NCBI RefSeq assembly: GCF_000142905.1
Contig: NW_013657614.1
Coordinates: 164,495-184,978 of the forward strand
Direction: 5' to 3'
Length of the DNA stretch: 20,484 bases
DNA from: Thecamonas trahens ATCC 50062
Lineage: Eukaryota; Protista; Apusomonadida
A program made the translations under genes and the position numbers. Position 1 is the stretch's first letter; each line of letters opens with the position of its first letter. The notes beneath the pieces are model-generated. The model worked only from the letters and a program-made list of their open reading frames with translations, was not told where the DNA came from and searched no databases. This document shows, in pieces, positions 1 through 12,300 of this stretch.

Positions 1-20
1 TCTCTCTCTCTCTCTCTCTC

Positions 21-60
<40 letters not shown>
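1..60. repeat. (TC)n/(GA)n dinucleotide microsatellite, inside the predicted intron of the CHY-finger gene
   Basis: Seen directly: uninterrupted TC repeat except one G at 21. Confidence 0.97.
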
Positions 61-64
<4 letters not shown>

Positions 65-136
65 CCAACCACCGCAGCAAAGGCACCCCAACCCGCTCGT
101 CCTCGACCAATTCCCATCCTCTGCCATTGTCCTTAC

Positions 137-163
137 CGTGGCGTTCAGAATATGCTTGCACAT
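137..163 (-). CDS. First coding exon (MCKHILNAT) of a probable CHY-type zinc finger protein; the gene continues beyond the left edge
   Basis: The - strand reads ATG TGC AAG CAT ATT CTG AAC GCC ACG then GTAAGG (donor at 136..131), followed by purine-rich sequence and (GA)n like the PFDN5 introns. From memory, the peptide matches the N-terminus of small zf-CHY proteins of fungi/protists (MCKHILNAQVSIRAPCC...). Only 9 residues are visible. Confidence 0.7.
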
Positions 164-290
164 CCTTACTTTCCGGACAACGGATGAGACGCGTGTGGCG
201 CGCCAGCTACGACCACGGGCCCTGCCGCAAGTCCCGAGCCGCGACACCAAGTCATGAATGACCACGTCCAACTCCTCCGCCACATTCACC

Positions 291-333
291 CACACACACT
301 CTCTCTCCTCTCCTCCTCTCTCTCTCTCTCTCT
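291..333. repeat. (CA)n + imperfect (CT)n microsatellite in the spacer after the dynein stop
   Basis: cacacacact ctctctcctc tcctcctctc tctctctctc tct seen directly. Confidence 0.85.
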
Positions 334-380
334 ATCCACCACACCACGTCTGTAGTCACATCGTTCACACACTCGGTCTG

Positions 381-3300
381 CTACGGCTCCAGCATCAATG
401 CGGCTCCTCGCCGGACAAAGACCTCATCATCGCCCTCGCGCCGGGTCGGGAGCTTGAGTGCAAGAACAAAGTTGGTCGACCGCCCGGTGGTCGAAAGAAC
501 GCCCGCGCGTTCACGGGTCTTGTACATCGGCACCACCGCGTGGAGCATGGCGCTTCCAGCCTCGCTCCGGAGCTTGGGCTCGAGCCAGAGCGGCGGCATG
601 GCCTGCACAAGCATGCCGGGTGTTGCCTCGCAGAGCGCGCCCTCGGCCCACCCTGCGCCTTCGAGATACAGGCCATGGACCACCACGCCGCCGCTGTCGG
701 CGCTCCGCCGCCCGCCGGCCTCGAGCACATGCGTTACAAACACGAGGTCGTCGATCGGGACATGCACTGCACGGGCGTGCTCCTGGAGCACCCCGGTGAG
801 GAAGCCTTGCGGGAAGAAAAACGCCGAGAGCCAGAACGAGTTGGGCACACCACCCACCAGCCACTCGCGCATAAACTGGACCCGCTCCACTAAGTTGTCC
901 ATCCACGGCACGAGCGCTTTGAGCGACGGATACGCCACAGCCGCCCACACGTTCGGCACCCGCGCGTACAGCAGGTCTTCGAACATCGCCTCCATTTCCG
1001 ACGTCATTACCACCTCGCCGCGGATTCCACGCGCCAGCGAACCGAGACTCGTTGTCACAACCTCGAGCAGCTTGTTGAACCGCGCCATCTCCTGCGCGAG
1101 TACAACACCCAGCGAGCCCACAGCCTCGCCACGCGAGCTGCCCAGGCTCCCGTTGCCCGCCTCGGCCTCGTCGAGCTTGGCAGGCACACGCCCGAGCAGC
1201 TCCTCGATGAGCACCGCCACCGTCTCGCCGGCGCTTCCGTGCAGCCCACTGCCAACTCGCCCGCCTCTGCCGCTCGCAGCCTGTGTTGCAATAAGCCCCT
1301 GGATGAGCGCCCGCGACTCGGCCTGCTGCGCTGCAAGCTGAGCGTTCGGGTGAAGCCCAAACACGCCCGGCTCGTCGTGAGCCGGCACCCGCGCCAGCAC
1401 AGCCTTCCGCAGATTCTCTAGCGACTTGAGTTCGCTCGCGCTCGGCACCCCGTAGTCATTTGCGCCTTGCGAGAGGAACCGCACTCCCGATTCGCTTGCA
1501 CTCTCCGCCAGCCCCGGATGCACAAACACGCTCAGCACGCTCCGCAGCGTCCGGTTGTCCCACTCGTCCGTGATCCGTCCGCCGTAGTGGATCTCGCCGA
1601 CCATAAACAGGAGTGCGTCAAACGGCACGCTCACAGCACGCCTGACTCCGCCCTCAGAGCCGCTGCCGCTCGCGCCAACCTCCGCCGTCAGCGCCTCACG
1701 CAGCATCGCCAGTGACACGTTAAGGTCCGCATCTGTCCACCCATAAGGCACGTTCCATCCCAGCGCCCCAAACCGCCGCCGCTCCTGCACCACTCCGTGG
1801 AAAAACGCCAGCCCGTACACCAGCCGCCGCCACACAAGCTCCACCGCAGACTCGCTCGGCGACGCCGCCTCGTCCAGCACAAACTGACGCTCCGTCAAGT
1901 TGGTAAACGTCCGCAGCAAGTTGGCCCGAAGCCCCGCAGGCGGCTCGTTGGTCAGCTTCAGCCCGCGCCGCAGAAGCTGCGCCGGAAACGCCTCGCACGG
2001 CTTCGACGTCAGCCACAGCCGGAATTCGGGATGCACGCCCATGGACGATCCCAGCTGTGCCACAAGCCGGTCGAGCTTCGGGAGCCATGATAGCGCAAGG
2101 TGGCAGTTCTGAAGGTACACCCAGAGCCCGTGCTTGGCAGCCTCCACAATGTGCGCTTCCGCTCGTTCGCCCTGCCCTTGCCCTAGCGACAGCATCCGCA
2201 GCTTGCTGCCAAACCCGGCCGCAGCCGCGTGCTCCAACACAAGTTGCGTCGGGTCAGATCCCGATGAGAGCACCAGAATGATCGGCGTCGTCGCGCTCGA
2301 GTCGCGGTGCACCTCCGCCAGCGACGCAGGCACTCGCTCCACAAACGCCGCACCAAGAACGCTCGACACCACAACCTCTGCGCACGCCACAAACCGGTCC
2401 TCGCGCGCAGCCTTCACCACAAGCAGCTTGACAAACGCGCCGGCCTTGCTCGGCTCCAACTCGCTCTTCCACGGCAGCGCCTCGGCTTCCGGCTCGTCGC
2501 TCGAGCCCCACACCTCCCACTGTGCCCGCGCCTCCACCGCCATCGACTCCGCAAGGCCGGTGTGCCCGCGCTGCGCCAGCACACTGTCCAGTGCGCACAC
2601 TTCTGCCCAGCCGCTCGCAGACACCCAGAGCGGCCGAGCCTGCCCGCTTCCGTCGCCGTCATCAAGCGCGCTTGACGAGCCCACCACGCCTGGTGCCACA
2701 AAGACAGCCCACAGCTCGTCCCACACGGCCCCGGTCTCGCGGAGGAGTGCAACCGCAATCATGAGCGAGAACAGCGGTGTGTCCTTCTTAAACAGCCCGC
2801 GCGCAACCGCAGAGTACACCGATCGCAGCAGAGCATCCTGCAGCACGCTCAGGTGCTGCCCTAGCTCGGCATCGCTTGCCTCGTCGGCTAGCGCAGGCAC
2901 AGATGCAAGCGTCCGCGCAAAGAGGCCAGAGAAAAACGCCAGAGAGAACTGGTACATCGAATCGAGGCTCCCCAGGTCCACAAGCACAAAGTAGAGCAGC
3001 ATGCCCACCCGCGCCACAGGCAGGTACTCGTTCCGTGCCGCCGCAATGTTGGCCCGCGTCGCCTCGGCCTCTCGCACCCGCTTCTTGATCACCTCGGCTG
3101 TCGCCCGCGACTCGTCGAGCGCGTCAATGAGCGTGTCGTCGTCCAGAATGGTAGATGAAGCCGCCGCAACCATCCGCAAAATCGTCTCCTCAGACTCGGC
3201 GAGCGCGTTCTTGTCGTGCGCAAGCGAGACGGTCAGCTCGTCATTCACGCGCTCCAGCTCGTTCCGCTCCAGTCGGATCACATCACCCAGCAGCTGGTCC

Positions 3301-6300
3301 GTCAAGTTCGACCGCGTCACGCAAAAGTTGACCACATTCACAGTGTTGAACACCTGTGGCAGGTAGCTCGGGTTGGCAGACCGCGTCGCAAGGTACAGCT
3401 TAAAGTCGCTGTGATAAAACACCTCGGCGTCGCCCACCCGCACGCACACCTGGTTGTTGACCTTGATCAGGCTCTTACTCAGCAGCGGGAGGAGCACAGG
3501 CGGAAGTTCATCGCCCACGCCCTCAATAAGCACAGGCGCGCCTACAGGTATCGCAGACTGCAGCAGCCGGAGCAGCTTGCCATCGTCCACCTTGGTCACC
3601 ACAAGCCCGGCCCCGGCCTCCATTGCCCGCACCCAAGCCGCAGCCTGGCCCTGCGGGTCGATGAACAGCGGCCACGCCACAGCCTCCCGCGCAAGCACCG
3701 CGTTCTGCACAGAAAACTCGTCGCCAGGCAGCCCGTCAAGCACCCACGACCGCACCTCCACAGGCTCGGCAAGCAAGTTGCCCAGCGAGAGCGAAGCCGC
3801 CGGCGAGAGCGGGAGCCCCGCTTCGCCCGCCGCAGCCATCCATCCAGCAAACAGCTGGCTTCGGTACTCGGGCGTAAACACGCCCAGGTACGTCACCCAG
3901 CCCGCAGCCATGAGCATGTCGTACGCCACCACAGAGCTTGATGCCGTCAACTCCGCTAGCGTCGCACGCCACCGCGCGGCCTCGCCGCCAAGTCCCTTCA
4001 CCAGCTTGGCCGCGCGCTCCAGACGAGCCTGCGTCTCGGCAATTCGCGACGCCACAAACTCCTGTCGCCCGCACGCTGCCTCATACTTGGCCTGCAGCGC
4101 GTCCACAGACGCTTGCACGCTCTCCAGCTCGGCCCGCTTCTCCGTCAGCGCAACCATCGTCTCCTCAAACTGGGCCTCGGCTTCCGCCAGCGCAATCCGC
4201 TTCGGCTCCACCTTCTTGAACACCCGCGCGTAGTTCTCGATCGCAATGACCCACTGGCACAGCGACTTGGCCGCAATCGACGTGTGGCCCACGGTCTCAG
4301 GGTTAAAGTCCGGGTTCCGCAGCATCTTGCCCAGCTTCCGCAGCACCTCCTCCGGAATGTGGTCCTTGTCAAACCGCTCCAGCGTCGAGATAAAGTCCTT
4401 GTTCATCATCTTCTTCGCCTCGGCCCATCCGGGCTTGATCCCCTGCAGGAGGCACACCGCGTCCATCACAGTTGTCACAAGCTCCGGCGGCCGGATGTAC
4501 TGCTTAACCTCGGAGAGGTCGTCACGGTTAAGCGCCCCAAGCGCAAGCAACGCGTCGTCATAGATCGGCATCACCTCCTCAAGGTCCGACGCCGCAGAGT
4601 CACGGAGCACTTGCATCTCCTTGGTCGTCGCCTCCACCGCTGCTTCTTCCGCCTCTACGTGCGCCTTGACCTCGTCAGCCTTGCCCTGGTCGGCTGCAAC
4701 CTGCTCCAGAATCGCCGCTGCCTCGGCAGCAGCCTTCTCCAGATCCGGCTGCATGCCTTTGAGCTCCTCCTCCATTTCGCGCACAAGGCCGTCAAACACC
4801 TCCAGCTGCTCCACGCCAGACTCAAAGTGCTCGCGCCGCGTGCTCAGCGCCGCGTGCCGCTTGCCCACAAGCACTTCGTACTGCTCCAGCATCCGCAAGA
4901 ACGATGCCGGTGTGATGTACGCCGCACGCCGCACGCTCGCCCGGAACGACGCCGTGCTCTCCGCAACGCTCAGGTACATGCTCACAGCAACCTGAGCCAC
5001 ACTCTCGAGTGCCGCGGCGTCGCCCACCACCCGGACTACGGCCTCGGAGCTCGACAGCCGCGCCCGTGCTACAGCAAGCAGCGCCTCCCGCGGCCACGTC
5101 TCGAACCAGTCAATGGTGCAGCAGTCGACGAGCGCAGGGAACTGGCGGATCCGTGCACGGAAGCCAGATCCCACAGGCGACATCACAAGCACAATGTGCA
5201 AGTGCTCCCGCGCCATGTCTGCTGCATACGCGAGCACCTCGTGCCGCGAGCCGTCCACGCCAGCCTCTTTGGCAGCATCGCGCAGGCTCGACACCAGCAT
5301 TGCCTCCTCGTCGTCAGAGTACAGCTGCGGCACCTCGCCAGAGTTGAGCAAGTTGGACACGTCGTCGTAGAACGCCTCATCCACCATCTGTGCGTCGGAG
5401 AGGAGAAACACCACATGCTTCCCAGCCGCGGCCCGGCCAAGCACTCCCTTGACGTCCTCGCGGAACTCGGCTGGCCCATAGCCCTTCGACAGCTCCACGC
5501 TTGCCACCTCGTAGCCAGCAACGTGCGCTGCCACCCGCGCAAGCGACCGCCGCCCGCACCCGTCGGGCCCCAGCAGAAGCGCAGACCCGCGCGGCTGCCT
5601 CAAAATCCGCAGAATCCGCGCAAGGTGCTTCACCGCATCCCGGAAGAACACAAGCTCCAACGGCGACTCGGACGCGTGCTCTACGTTGTACTCGGCCACA
5701 AACTGGCTCGCCGCGGCAGCAGCATTGTCCAGCCCGCTGTCCTCCAACTCCAGCGGCGCGTAAAAGCCCGGGTTCTTGGCCCGCAAGTGCGTTGCGTACA
5801 GCACGTTGCTCAGCACCCGCCGCGGCCACGAGACACCGAGCTTTGCAGACGCCACAGACCCCAGCGTCGTCTCAAACCACGTTCGGTCGCCGCTCGACAC
5901 CAGCCGGTCCTCAAACACGCGACACGCTTCGTGCGCCCACAGCTGGAGCACACTCTCAGGTGCAGGCATCTCGCCCAGCGACCGCAGCTGGAGCATGCCC
6001 TGCACAACCTGCGAGACATGCCGCAGGTTGAACGTGTAGTGCGACTTGGACGGGCTCGGCAGCAGCTCCTCTCGGATCGCCACAAACAGATCGATGGTGG
6101 CGACCATCAGCGGCTCCGCCAGCGCCACAACTTCCTCGCTGAACGACCTCAGGAAACCACGCAGAATCGGCTCAAACATCTCCAGCATGTCCTCTCTTCC
6201 GGGCTCCGCCATGTGCAGCTGCGCGAACAGCCGCAGCAATCGCGGCGAGACCTCCGACGCTCCACCGCCCGGCGGCGCCATCGCGCCCACAAACTCGGTC

Positions 6301-9300
6301 GCCACAAGCTTGACCCACTGCAGCCGCTGTCGGTCAAACATGCCGCCAAATCCTACAAGCTGCCGAAGCAGCTCCAGCGGTGGCGCTGCTCCCCACACCT
6401 CGCGCTTCGGCATGTTGAGATTGTCAATAAAGACCAACTGCTCGCCACCCTTGGGCGGTCCGAGCGCCGTCGCAGAATGCCTCACAAGTTTTGCCTCCAG
6501 TCCGTCCTGCAGCGTCGCCACGCGCGTCGCGCCTGAGAACGCCACGCTCGCCACGCTCTTTCCACCGAGCCCGCCAGATGCCAGCAGTCGGCCCACCGTA
6601 GCAGACTTGCCCACGCCGGACTTGCCGGTCACCATCACAGACCGCTGCCCGCGGAGATAGAGCTGCATCACGGCACCGTACTGCACTGCAGCACGCGTCG
6701 GCACAAAAGTGTCGTAGAACGCCACTCGCGGGTCGTACACAAACCGCGACGCGTCCAGCACCTTGTTCCATGTCCCCAGCCGCGCCCCGCTGCCGAGGCC
6801 AAGCGGCGCGAGCTCCTGCACATACACGTCAAAGACAGAGTCAGACTCGGCATGGCTAAGGTACGACGCCAGCGACGGAACAAGTGCCGCAAACTCGGCG
6901 CTCGACGCCACAAACGCCGAAAACTTGGCCCTCGAGCCCGCGTCGAGCCACCCGCCCACAGACCACACCACAGCAAACAGCACGTACATGCTCACGGCGT
7001 CGCGGTCTGCCCGCGACACGCCACCCAAGCTTCCGCTCTCGCTGGTGGCCTCGTTGTCGACCTCGCCCTCGCCCGCGGGCTCATCGTCCTCGCCCGCCCC
7101 AAACACCTTGGTCGGCACGCCTTCGCGAAGCAGCTGTGTCAGCAGCGTCAGGCACGACGCCACCATCCCGGTCTCTGGCGCAGGATGCCCTCCGCTCACC
7201 ACGTCGTCGCGGCGCACAAACGCGAGGGCGGCAGGCAGAATAGAGTCGCGCAGCACGCTCGCCACCCGCCTTGCCTCGGCTGCAGAGAGCAGGCCGCTCC
7301 GAACCGTGGCACGCTCCCACGGCGCAAGCTGGACATGCCATGAGAGGTGCACGCTCTCCATAAACACCATTCCACACCGCGAGACCGTCGCCGGCGACGC
7401 CACCGCAAGGTCCGGCACCTCAAACAGCATCCGCAGTGTCTCCGGCAGCTTAATCCGCTCACCAGATGCCAGACAGAGCATCTTGTTGTCGTCGAGAACC
7501 GTGTTCATGTCCTCGATCCACAGCGAGTCGACCGGACCGTCAAAGACCAGCCACTTTTCCGCCCGCGCCGCAGACACACCCGAGTCGGACGGAATCGGGA
7601 CAGAGCTCGCAAACGGGCCGCCAAACGTGCATCCACCAACCTCCGGTCGGCCCTCGATAGGAAAGTACGGCACCGTCCGCGAGACTTCGATCGCCGAGTT
7701 GGACATCGTGCCCCGCAACTCGAGCGCAAGCACCTCGCGCACGACAGACGCAACCACGCCGTCGCTCCACACATTGGTGGTGGCATCAAAGTTGCCGTAC
7801 AGCTCACACGCCTTGGGATTGAGCCGCACACCAAAAACTCCAGCCTCGTCGCCGACCCCACCGCCGTCGCCGATCCCGCGGCTCCGCCCACCGATCCCGT
7901 GCGGCGAGCCGTAGATCGAGGCGCTCGAGCGGCCCGCAACCGCCACCCGCGACCGCGCATGCGCAAGCGCCTCGTAGCACGTCGTCTTGCCGGTCCCGGT
8001 CCCGCCCACAAGCATCACTCCATGTCGCACAAGCAGTGTCTCATGGAGCTGCATGACCTTCGAAACAAACGCAGGCTCGGCCTCGAGATCATCCGCCTCG
8101 AGTGCAGCTACAACCGCAGACTGCAGTTGCGATTCAGCTCGCTCTGGTGCGTCAGCGTCTGGGAACAGGTCCGAAATGATGGCCAGGAAGAGCGGAATGT
8201 CCTGCGAGAGAAACTTGGGCAGGTTCGCATCGCGAAGCGCGGAAATGAGCACAACCTCCTCCGACTCGCCCGCGCCCGCCCGCCGCTTCAGTGCGCCGGC
8301 CATGACCAGTACAGACTTGAGCGCACGCAGGCCAAAGTCATAGTGGTCTTGCTGCGAGAGCTGCTCAGACGCCAGCTTGTACATCGTCACAATCTTGGAC
8401 GCAAGCCGCGTAGCGCCCGAAAAGCCCTCCGAATACAGGATGATCTCGGCAATGAGTGCGTAGTCCGGAATCATCATCGCCACAGGCCGCAGCAGTGCCA
8501 TGAGGTTGTCTGGCAGCTCGGTCCGCCCCGCATAGCCCGGATTCATCGTCACAAAGCACCCGTACGACGGCACGAGCGGAATGAGCGAGCCCTCAAACTC
8601 AAACTCGGCCGCCCTGCCCATGAGCGCCTGCTGGATGGTGAGCACCTGCTGCGCAATCACCGAGAGCACCTCGATGTCGATCCGGTTAAACTCGTCAAAG
8701 CACGCCCACGCCCCGGTCTGCGCCAGGCCCGAGAAGAACCGGCCCATGATGACCACGTCCAGCCCGTCTGAGCAGTTGAACACCACGCAGAGCTGGCCCA
8801 GCGCCTTGGCCAAATCCTTGGTCGTCTCAGTCTTGCCCGTCCCTGCCGGGCCCAGCGGCGCTCCGCCCATCGACAGCGCCAACGCAGACGTCAGAGTCAG
8901 GTAGCATCGCTCCGTCAGCGGCGTGATCACCAGTCGTGCCGTGTTGCCGAGGTACTCGTACTGGTAGTCAAACACAGCAGACGTTTGTCGGATGACAATC
9001 ATCCCGTCGTCTTCCCAGTAGTACCGCAGCTGTTTCTGCCAGCCAAAGTCGTCGATCGACGCCGTGTGCGACGCCGCCAGCGCGCCCACCACATCACGCG
9101 CGTGCACGTCAGCCACAATCAGCGCCGCAAGCGCCGCCCGGTCCAGCGCAGACAACTCAGAGCTCCTTGCCAGCGCCACCAGCGACTCAAGCTGGAGGTT
9201 GAACGAGTCCTGGAAGTAGTGGAGCGCGCCGGTCTGTGGGTTCGTTGGGTGCGACTCGCGCCGAATGGCCGACTCAACGCCGGCAGTCCAGTTGATGGCC

Positions 9301-12300
9301 TCGGTGGCGAGGAGGACCTGCGCAGGATACTCGGAGAGGAGGTCGGCAATCGAGCCGCGCGCCGCAAACGCCCGCATGGCAGACTCGGTCAGCGACGCAA
9401 GCGTCTCGTGCATCATGTCCTCTACCTTGACCAGCCACACCTCGACGTTGCCTGCCGCAGACACAGGCTCCACAAACTCAACCTCCTCGCCCTCAGCCGA
9501 CGACATGGCAAAGACCGAGAGCCGCTCCGCGCCCAGCCGCTCGGCTCCTGAACCCCCGACAAACCGGAGGCTCACCAGGTTCGAGAAGCACTTCTTGAGG
9601 TGCGGCAGCACAGCCCGCGGCTCGCGAATATGCGCCAGAATCGAGAGCAACTCGTCGTTGGAGAGAAAGTAGAAGCGCGGAAAAGCAGACCGCTTGGTCT
9701 CCAGATACTCTTGCAGCGACTTGCGCACTTTCTCGCAATAAGCGTTCGCATGGGCAAACATCTGCTGCGCGTTGGCGCCGTCGGCAAGAACCGACATCAC
9801 AGATGGGTTTGCCTCCACACCCTGCATAAACTTGACCCACAGCTCGTGGACAGACTGGAAGGTCTTGGTCTCGGCAGGCAGCTGCGCTTGGATGTCTTTT
9901 TGCACAAAGATGACCTCCAGGTACATCCAGTTGCGCTGCAACGCCAGCCACTCATCAAGGAGCGCCGCAAGCGCGTTGAGCTTGCCCACCCACTCGTCAA
10001 CCGCACCCTTGATGCCGTACACAAACCGGGAGCCGAGAATGGTTGTGAGCACCAGCTGGTGCTCCTCGAGCTGCGCCACAAGATCGCGGACCGAGCCCAG
10101 AATGTAGACCCGGCGGACGAGCTTGCCCTTCTTCTTGTACGGGAGCACAGAAAACTTTGCGCCCTTCCATGCGTCCTGGATCGAGGTGAGCGTGAGCTCG
10201 AGGTGATACTCGCCCGACGCCGCCGCAGAGAGCTCCGCCACAAGTTCACGGATCGAGACCACGTTGGCTTCAAAGAGGTCCGCGAGCGAGAACCGAAGCG
10301 CATCTGAAAACGGCACCGCGAGCGCCGCAAAGATCTTGCGCCAGTGCCGCGGCTTGAGCGCCGGGTTGCCAAGGTCAAGAATGAGCGGGAGATGGAGCTT
10401 GAACTCTTCCACAGACGACTTCCACAGCGCCACCACCGGGTCGTCCGGCAGCTTGTGCGCCATCTTGAACGCCTTGGCGTACGACGTCTGCACCGCAGCC
10501 TTCACCTCGTTGGTGTCGACCGTCCGGAACACTGCCGATCGCCAGCTCGCCACGTTGTCATTCCACGCATGGAGCTCGGACCAAATCGTCCGCCGCATGG
10601 TGTACACGTCCATGGCGTCCGTGAGCGAGTCATACGCGTGCGGCGACTCGACCTCAAACAGCGACTGCCAGCCGGAGAACGTCTCGGCCTTGGACTTGGC
10701 CGCGTTGAGCGATGCCTCCACATCGTTGAGCTCTTCGATGACAGCCACAGGCTGCGCCTCGGGATCGACGTAGTCGCCGGTGTAGAGGTCCGAGAGAATC
10801 GAGACCACATGGTGCTCGAGCGACGCAATGTGCTTGTTGAGCGAGACGTTCATCTCGGCAAGCCGAGACTCGGCATACCGCTCTGCGTCGTCGACGACCT
10901 CGTCGAAAGAGTCGCGGACCGCATCAAGCTCCTCAATGAGGATCCGGTTCGGGATATCGATCTCCACATTATGGCTCCGCATCAGCTCATAGAGCGCATC
11001 GACATTGGCTGCCGCGCCGTCAAACGCCGCCCGCGACGCCTGCGTCGTCCGCACAAAGTCGACAAACTCGGCAAACGCCCGCAGCTGGTCGGGCTTCCGC
11101 AACAGCTTTGAACGCGTGTTGAGCATGTTGTTGAGCGTTGCTTCGCACGCCTCGTGCGCTGCTGCTGCCAGGTGTTCCTTCATCTCCGCCAGAATGCATG
11201 ATGGGACCGGAACAAGCCCAAGCTTGAGCTGGGTCGAGTCGACCCGAAACATGCCGACCACCGACGACTTGCGCATTCGCGAGACAGCGAGAACCCACGA
11301 CGAGACCATGGCGAGGTCCTCGCGCAGCTTGGCTGCCGACGGCTTGGACGCCGCGTACGCCTCCATCGACCACTGCTGCCCGTACGTATGAATGTCGAGG
11401 AGCGGGGTGAGGACTCGCGCGTCAAAGTACGCCGCCGAATAGTCAGCCTCCACTGTGGCATGGATGGCTTCAAGCAGGCCGTTGATACGCGCGTTGGCTG
11501 CCGGCGAGAGCAGGTGTCGGATAGAGTGCAGGTCGCGGAGAGCATCCTGCCCGCGCCGCGCACCGCCGGTGGTGAACCGCGCCACCGCCGCCGCCGCTGG
11601 GTCCGCCAGCGAGTAGCCCGATGCCGCCGACACGCCCTCGAGGTGCGCCAGCGTCGACGGCTCAAGGTACTGACGCATAGAGCGCATGGTGATGATGCGG
11701 AGGAACGAGGCCGCAACCGCCGTCATCGAGTCGTACGCAGAGTCGACCATGTTGAGCAAGTGCGGGAGGCCGGGCTCAAATCTCATGGCCTTGTTGGCAA
11801 AGACCACGTCGAGCGAGAACACGCCCTCGTCCGAGCCACGGGTCATGACGCTCAGCAGCGCCTCGAGCGAGGCCTGGACGTTGTGAACAAGCGCCTCCAC
11901 CGCAAGGTAGTCGACAAGCCGGATAAACCGCCCGAGCGACTGTGCCTCGTCGGCCGCCTGCGCAATGGCCCCCAGCTTGGCGAGGTACTCCTCCTTCTCC
12001 TCCACCATCGACTTGAGCTTGGACGACGCCGACGACGCCACAAGCGAAAAGGCCTTCTTGGCAGCCGTCTTTTGCGCCTCAATCGGCGCGTCCGACCACT
12101 GCGTCCGCCGCAGCACGGCCTCGCAGAGCACAAGCACGTGCTGCTCCAGCTTGAGCGCAATGTCGGTTATCATGTCCTTGGCTGTCTCCCGCGCCGTCGC
12201 CTGTGCCTCGGCAAACGTGCTCGCTGTGTGAGTCGTGTTGGCTTCGACCTCCAGCAGCGGCGCTCGCCAGATCTCCGTTGCCAGAAACTGGACCTCGCGG

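Noticed and set aside
184-260. SECIS-like or ncRNA reading of ATGA...stem in the left spacer
   Set aside because: Lacks the paired GA quartet and apical AA, no in-frame TGA selenoprotein is nearby, and the region is better explained as the CHY gene's upstream sequence.
4113-6536. 807-aa + strand ORF and the many other ORFs overlapping the dynein
   Set aside because: Antisense or alternate-frame shadows of a GC-rich CDS, rich in Arg/His/Leu, with no recognisable domain.
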